Below, piece by piece: positions 56,078-64,000 of a stretch of 64,000 nt of DNA. Numbering within the stretch: position 1 is the stretch's first letter; every line of letters starts with the position of its first letter. Where the stretch lies: NCBI GenBank assembly GCA_964016885.1, contig OZ024763.1, forward strand, positions 13,206,001 to 13,270,000. The letters run 5' to 3'. This DNA comes from Eledone cirrhosa (lineage: Eukaryota). The notes below the pieces were generated by a model. It was not told the origin of the DNA. It saw nothing but the letters and a program-made list of their open reading frames with translations, and searched no databases. The position numbers and the translations under genes are program-made.

Positions 56078-56266
56078 TGCGTAGGAGCCATCGTCGGTGT
56101 CGACGCGGAGCATTGAGCCGTTCGATTAACTCAAAGGTTCCCAAACTTTTGGGGCCACATCCCCCACTCAGTTACGTAATACCCTCAGCACCCCAACCCT
56201 ATTTCCTAAGTCACCTGCCCACATGCAAATTGTAAATAATATATGATAAATAAAATCGTTAATTTA

Positions 56267-56933
56267 TCTATATATATAAAACTGAGGATGTCTGTCTGTG
56301 TGTGTGTGTCTGTGAGTTTGTATCCCTAAAACTCCAGAAGTACCGAACCGATTTTTTTTCAAACTTTACATGTGTATTACTTATGTTTCAGGGAGTGTTA
56401 TGCACATAAGAAATTCAACTTTTTGATCCCTTAGGTGAAAATTCAACTTTTTGATCCATTAGTTGAAAAACTGCGTTTTTTTTCAGCTTTTTGGGGGTGT
56501 TTTGAGGCGTTACGTCAGACCGATTTCCTTGAAATTGTAACTATGTATTAGTCAGTCTCTTCTTCATGCCGTGAGCAAAGAAAATCCAACTTTTTTATGG
56601 CCTAGGGCCCGCATTAGGTGAAAAACTTCATTTTGTCAGCTTTTTAGGGCTTTTTTGAGGCGTTACGTCGAGCCGATTTTCCCGAAATTTCAAGGCATAT
56701 TATGCACATAAAAAAAAATTCATTTTCTTGATCCCCTAGGGCCCCTGCATTAGGTGAAAAGCTGCATTTTTGCTGCTTCATCGAGGAAAATCTTAAAGAT
56801 TATCCAGCCATCAGAGTATTCAGTTTATTTTCTTTATATATTGTCCAGTCATGCAGTTTTTCCACGATTAGGTCTGTTGGCGGCCCGCGTTCCAAAATAC
56901 CTTATCCCGTGCAACGCCGGGTACCACTGCTAG
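56267..56933 (+). mobile_element. Non-autonomous Helitron with internal subrepeats
   Basis: A|TC ... CCCGTGCAACGCCGGG ... CTAG|T; repeated CCGATTT blocks. Confidence 0.85.
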
Positions 56934-57933
56934 TATATAATAAAGTAAATAAACACATAAATAAATAAAAACACACACGCGCACAAACTAAGCACACAAC
57001 ACACAAAAAACAAAATGGTGTAGGACAGAACAAAGGAGAGACACCAAATAAAAACCTAGTCACTGAGGAGGTCACAGAATGTGTGATGAAAGAGCTTTGA
57101 CAATATATAAACAACCATCCAGTTATCAAACCAACCAGCCAACCGGAAATTTTCAGGTGTAGTCCATATTGTAATACAATGTATGTGGTTGAATATTCCA
57201 CAGACACGTGTACCCATAATGTAGTTCTCAGGGAGATTCAACATGACGAGGTGTATATCATGGCTGACCCTTGGAATTACAGGTACAGTCTATTTTATAT
57301 TCCAATGTATGTGGTCCAGTATTCCACAGACACGTGTACCCATAACGTAATTCTCAGGGAGATTTACTGTGGCACAGTGTTTATGTAGAAAGGCTGCGGG
57401 AGCACACACACACTTACGCAGACATACACGTACACAGACACACACATACAGAGACACATACAGAGACACACACGTACACGGAGACACACACGTACATAGA
57501 CACACATACATACACAGGCACATGCATACAAAGACACACAGAGAGACACATGCATACAAACACACACGTACACACACACACATAGACACACGTGCACACA
57601 GATACACACGTACAGACATACACGTACACAAACAATATGACAAAAAAAAAACATTTTCAAGGGAGAACACTCTAAATTTCCAGTTTTGATGACGGGAGAT
57701 AACTGCAGACGACTGGCGATTTTTAAAAATAAATTATTTCTTTTTTCTTTACAGGATTTCGCCATACTGCACTAAATTAAACGAGTTTAATTAGTCATAT
57801 CGACCCTAATAGTTATTTTTCAAGTCTAATACTTTTGTTAAACTGCTAAATTACGGGACATAGGCACACACACACGCATACATACACACACACAAATGCA
57901 CACCCGCCTGTGACAGAAAATTTGTGTGGGTTT

Positions 57934-58000
<67 letters not shown>

Positions 58001-58509
58001 CATACACACACACTATATATATATATATACATAAACATCATCATCATCATTTAATGTCTGCGTTCCCTGCTCGCAAGGGTTGGATGAGTCTACACAGACC
58101 AAATCAGTACTGAAGCAGGGCTACTGCCCACCTAGACAGGCTGAAGGGGGTCTGTATCCTGCTTACACACTGTTATATCGAGTCCAGAGAAGTTGTTTTG
58201 TCTTTTGACACAAACTGAAGGGTCCCTCTAACTCATTGTTTGGCAAGCTTTCTGCAGCTGAATGCCCTTCCTAACACCAAGCACTTTACAGAGTATACTG
58301 GGTGCTTTTATTCTGTAGATCACCAACACCAGGAGGGTTGTCATGTCCTTGACACAACTAAAGGGTCCTCCTAACACTTTCCATGGCTGGACGCACTTCC
58401 TATCAACTTACACATATATAGTGTAAACAAAGTTTCAGATACTTAACATGTAGGTGCTACAAAATCGAACACCGTTCTCTTTGATCTTTCATTTACAGAT
58501 TTCTACAAC

Positions 58510-58543
<34 letters not shown>

Positions 58544-58644
58544 GGATGTATATATAATGTATTTTGCAATACACTTTATGCTTAATTAAAAGCATTTTGA
58601 AGACCGTAAGCTATTGATTTAAAGTAGTGACAAATTCACTCACT

Positions 58645-58742
58645 TTGATCTCAGCAAACAGGAGGAGATAAGCCGACATGACATGTTTCGCGTTTGTTGA
58701 AGCTTATCAAGGCCAACTACCCCGCCTGTCTACTGAGATCAA
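58645..58742 (-). ncRNA. Degenerate hammerhead with an extended stem I (family K)
   Basis: GCC-TTGATAA-GC..GC-GAAA-CATGTCATG-TC^GGC enclosed by TTGATCTCAG..CAGG / CCTG..CTGAGATCAA. Confidence 0.5.
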
Positions 58743-58827
58743 TGATGTTATATTCTTATAGAAATCTAGTAAATAATCAGGAGCTGATTATGCAGAGCGG
58801 TTGTTGGTCAGGCATATATATATATAT

Positions 58828-59090
58828 ATGCAAAAGTTCTATTTAAATTGTTGGGATACAACAAGCAAATATTTTTATAACTGATATAAAGCACTCGACA
58901 AGTATTTGGAGTAAATATACGATATTAACAAATGGAAACTATATTTATAAAACCATATCTATTTTATTATACATATTTCAAGGATACCATGTTAAATTAT
59001 GGTGTGCTTTCATCATACAAAATACAATATATACCAGTTTTATAACATACCCTTTCAAAATGCAACCGTTACTTTTGCAAGACATCAGGA
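58828..59090 (-). mobile_element. Family A element, single arm, core mutated (ATGATGA)
   Basis: Reverse complement of 30720-30987; (TA)n flanks. Confidence 0.75.
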
Positions 59091-59159
59091 TATATATATA
59101 TATATATCAATATATATTATTGATATATATATATTGATATATATATATCAATAATCAAT

Positions 59160-59370
59160 CGACTTTCGTCAATTCAGACCGAGGAAACAATGTTTCCATT
59201 GGTCTTTCCAATTGCTAATACTCTCTATCGGTCGCAACTCCAGATAGAAGGAGCAACGTGAAATAGAGTGTCTTGCTCAAGGACGCAACGTATCGCCCGG
59301 TCCGGGAGTCGAACTCACAACCTCACGATAGCGCATCCAATTCTCTAACCACCCAGCCACACGCCTTCAC
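59160..59370 (-). mobile_element. SINE family 2
   Basis: Homologous to 560-778. Confidence 0.75.
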
Positions 59371-59822
59371 TATATATATATATGATGAGCTTCCACATAG
59401 TTTCTGTCTACCAAATTTCACTTACAAAACATAAGTCACCCCAAGGCTATAGTAAGAGGTACTTTCCCAAGGTGCCACCCAGCATGACTGAACCCAGAAC
59501 TATATGGTTGCAAGCCATGTCTGCACCTTTAATCTGCTAATTTAACACCCATAGCTGTGACTTGAACCCTGTACCTCTAGCTTGCCAGGTTCTCACATTA
59601 CGCTAACATAATCTAACCAAATCTCCCTCAAATCATACCCACCCACCTGAGCTACAGTTGTAGGTAGAGCCAAATTTGACAGGGGTAGGTGGGGAAAAAG
59701 AGGCAATTGCCCCGGGGCCCCTGAAATGGTGGTGGTGGGGGTGCTACCAGCAACAGCCGTAGTAATTTATTTGTGCCTTCAGCTGGGCTTTTTAATTTTA
59801 GGATGGTTAGAATTTTTTTTAT

Positions 59823-59941
59823 ATAATTGTTTCTACATTTGGCACAAGGCCAGCAATTACTCCAGTGTATTACTGGTACTTTATTTTATCGACCCCGTAA
59901 GGATGAAAGGCAAAGTTAACCTCGGCGGGATTTGAACTCAG
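59823..59941 (-). mobile_element. SINE family 1, 5'-truncated
   Basis: Core match. Confidence 0.85.
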
Positions 59942-60219
59942 TCTTAATATAATACCTGTATATATGACTTTTCAATCCCAATTACTTGAACCAAGCTAAC
60001 TTTGATATGTAAAATTGGAGGGTTTTCTGTGAGTTCTAATGTTTTGTGTCTGAGGAGGCCCGCACACCTGAGATACCCTGGGCCCCGCCCAAGCTCTAAA
60101 TTCAACCCTGGGTGTAGGACACAATATAATGGAGGTTGTGATATATAAAAGGAGGGGATGGTCACGTCTGGGATGGTTTGACTATAGAGTCTGCTTAATT
60201 AGGGTTGAACTGGAAGTTA

Positions 60220-62830
<2,611 letters not shown>

Positions 62831-62999
62831 TGATGTGGCAATTAAAGGATGGTGTCACGCAGACTGGATCTGAATGTTTAGAATAAAATATAGAGGTTGA
62901 GACAGAGGCCGTAAGTGTTTGCTTCTCTTAGGTTCGACAGATTAATACTGCTCGGACACTACTTGACCACTTCTAGAAGGACTCTGCTTGACTGACGAG

Positions 63000-63630
63000 T
63001 TTAACAGTCAGTTGTCCACATACTTCTAGGAGGATGCTTCTAGACAGAAAATTTCAACAGATGAACATTTCTAGAAAGACAGACCAAACAGATGTCCACT
63101 TCTAGAGAGGAATTTTCAACAGATGAACACTTCTAGAAAGGCAGACTTAACAGATGTCCACTTCTAGAGAGGAATTTTCAACAGATGAACACTTCTAGAA
63201 AGACAGACCTAACAGATGTCCACTTCTAGAGAGGAATTTTCAACAGATGAACATTTCTAGAAAGACAGACCTAACAGATGTCCACTTCTAGAGAGGAATT
63301 TTCAACAGATGAACATTGCTAGGAGAGATTCAACAGATGAACATTGCGAGAAATACAGATTTAACAGATGTTGACTGCTTGACAAAAGTATTTAACAAAT
63401 GTTGACTGCTTGACAAAAGTATTTAACAGGCAAACACTGCTACAAGGACCAGTTTAACAGATACACACTAATAATCAGAAATATTTAACAGAAGAACACT
63501 TCTAGAAATAGATATTTAACAGGTGTGTCCTGCTAGACAGATTTATTTAACAGATTTGCCCTGCTACAAGGAAGGCTTTAACAGATGAACACTGCTAGAA
63601 GGAAGGATTTGACAGATGTGTCTTGCTAGA
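63000..63630. repeat. ~31-bp repeat with 62-bp dimer (AACAGATGAACACTTCTAG / AACAGATGTCCACTTCTAG)
   Basis: Regular at 63040-63320, diverged outward; directly upstream of the candidate ATG. Confidence 0.85.
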
Positions 63631-63633
63631 AAA

Positions 63634-63924
63634 ATGGCAGAGGATAACAGTGGTCAGCCTAATACAAAAACTACTACAACTACGACTGCAACTACTACTA
63701 CTAACAATAGCAGTAGTAGTAGTAGTAATAACAACAACAACACTAATAACAACACCAGCAACAACAATAGTAATAATAATAAAACATATGTTTATTTACT
63801 GAGACAACAGAAGCGGATTAACTTGTCCCTGGAGACAATTGAACATAATTTGGATCTCTTTAAATCGAAATGGTTCCCTTATTTTAAATCTGTCTCACAA
63901 GATGAATTGGTTTACTGCACTGAG
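63634..63924 (+). CDS. Candidate first coding exon of an unidentified host gene
   Basis: AAAATGG start context; 97 open codons MAEDNSGQPN-(T/S/N-rich)-KTYVYLLRQQKRINLSLETIEHNLDLFKSKWFPYFKSVSQDELVYCTE; phase-0 donor GAG|GTAAGA. Absent from the ORF track because the frame has no stop before the window end. Confidence 0.6.
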
Positions 63925-64000
63925 GTAAGATGTTCCTTATTCTTTTATTCTGATGCTCTTTTATTCTTTAACCCTTTAGCATTTAAACCTGCCATATCCA

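Overview
Repeat-saturated animal genomic DNA, most likely an octopus-type cephalopod. This is inferred from the extreme (TA)n/(CA)n/(TACA)n microsatellite load and abundant tRNA-derived SINEs with a Nin-type central domain. Almost all listed ORFs are microsatellite translations. Real coding signal is limited to decayed transposon fragments (R4/Dong-type RT and endonuclease, RTE, L1/Tx1, mariner) plus two candidate host exons at the window ends: a minus-strand exon ending at 1604 and a plus-strand ATG exon at 63634-63924. The main discovery is about 12 type I hammerhead ribozyme (HHR) motifs with intact cores, plus many degenerate or half motifs, from roughly 10 unrelated sequence families. They lie in short non-coding elements, usually embedded in (TA)n. 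Many are fold-back palindromes whose inversion point sits at a ribozyme helix, within the catalytic core or just upstream of it. This fits truncated Penelope-like pseudo-LTR or retrozyme-like insertions made by hairpin self-priming. Other features are non-autonomous Helitrons, MITEs, internally deleted RTE derivatives, SINE pile-ups at reused target sites, and young minisatellites born from retroposon fragments. All structures were read by eye and none has been confirmed computationally.
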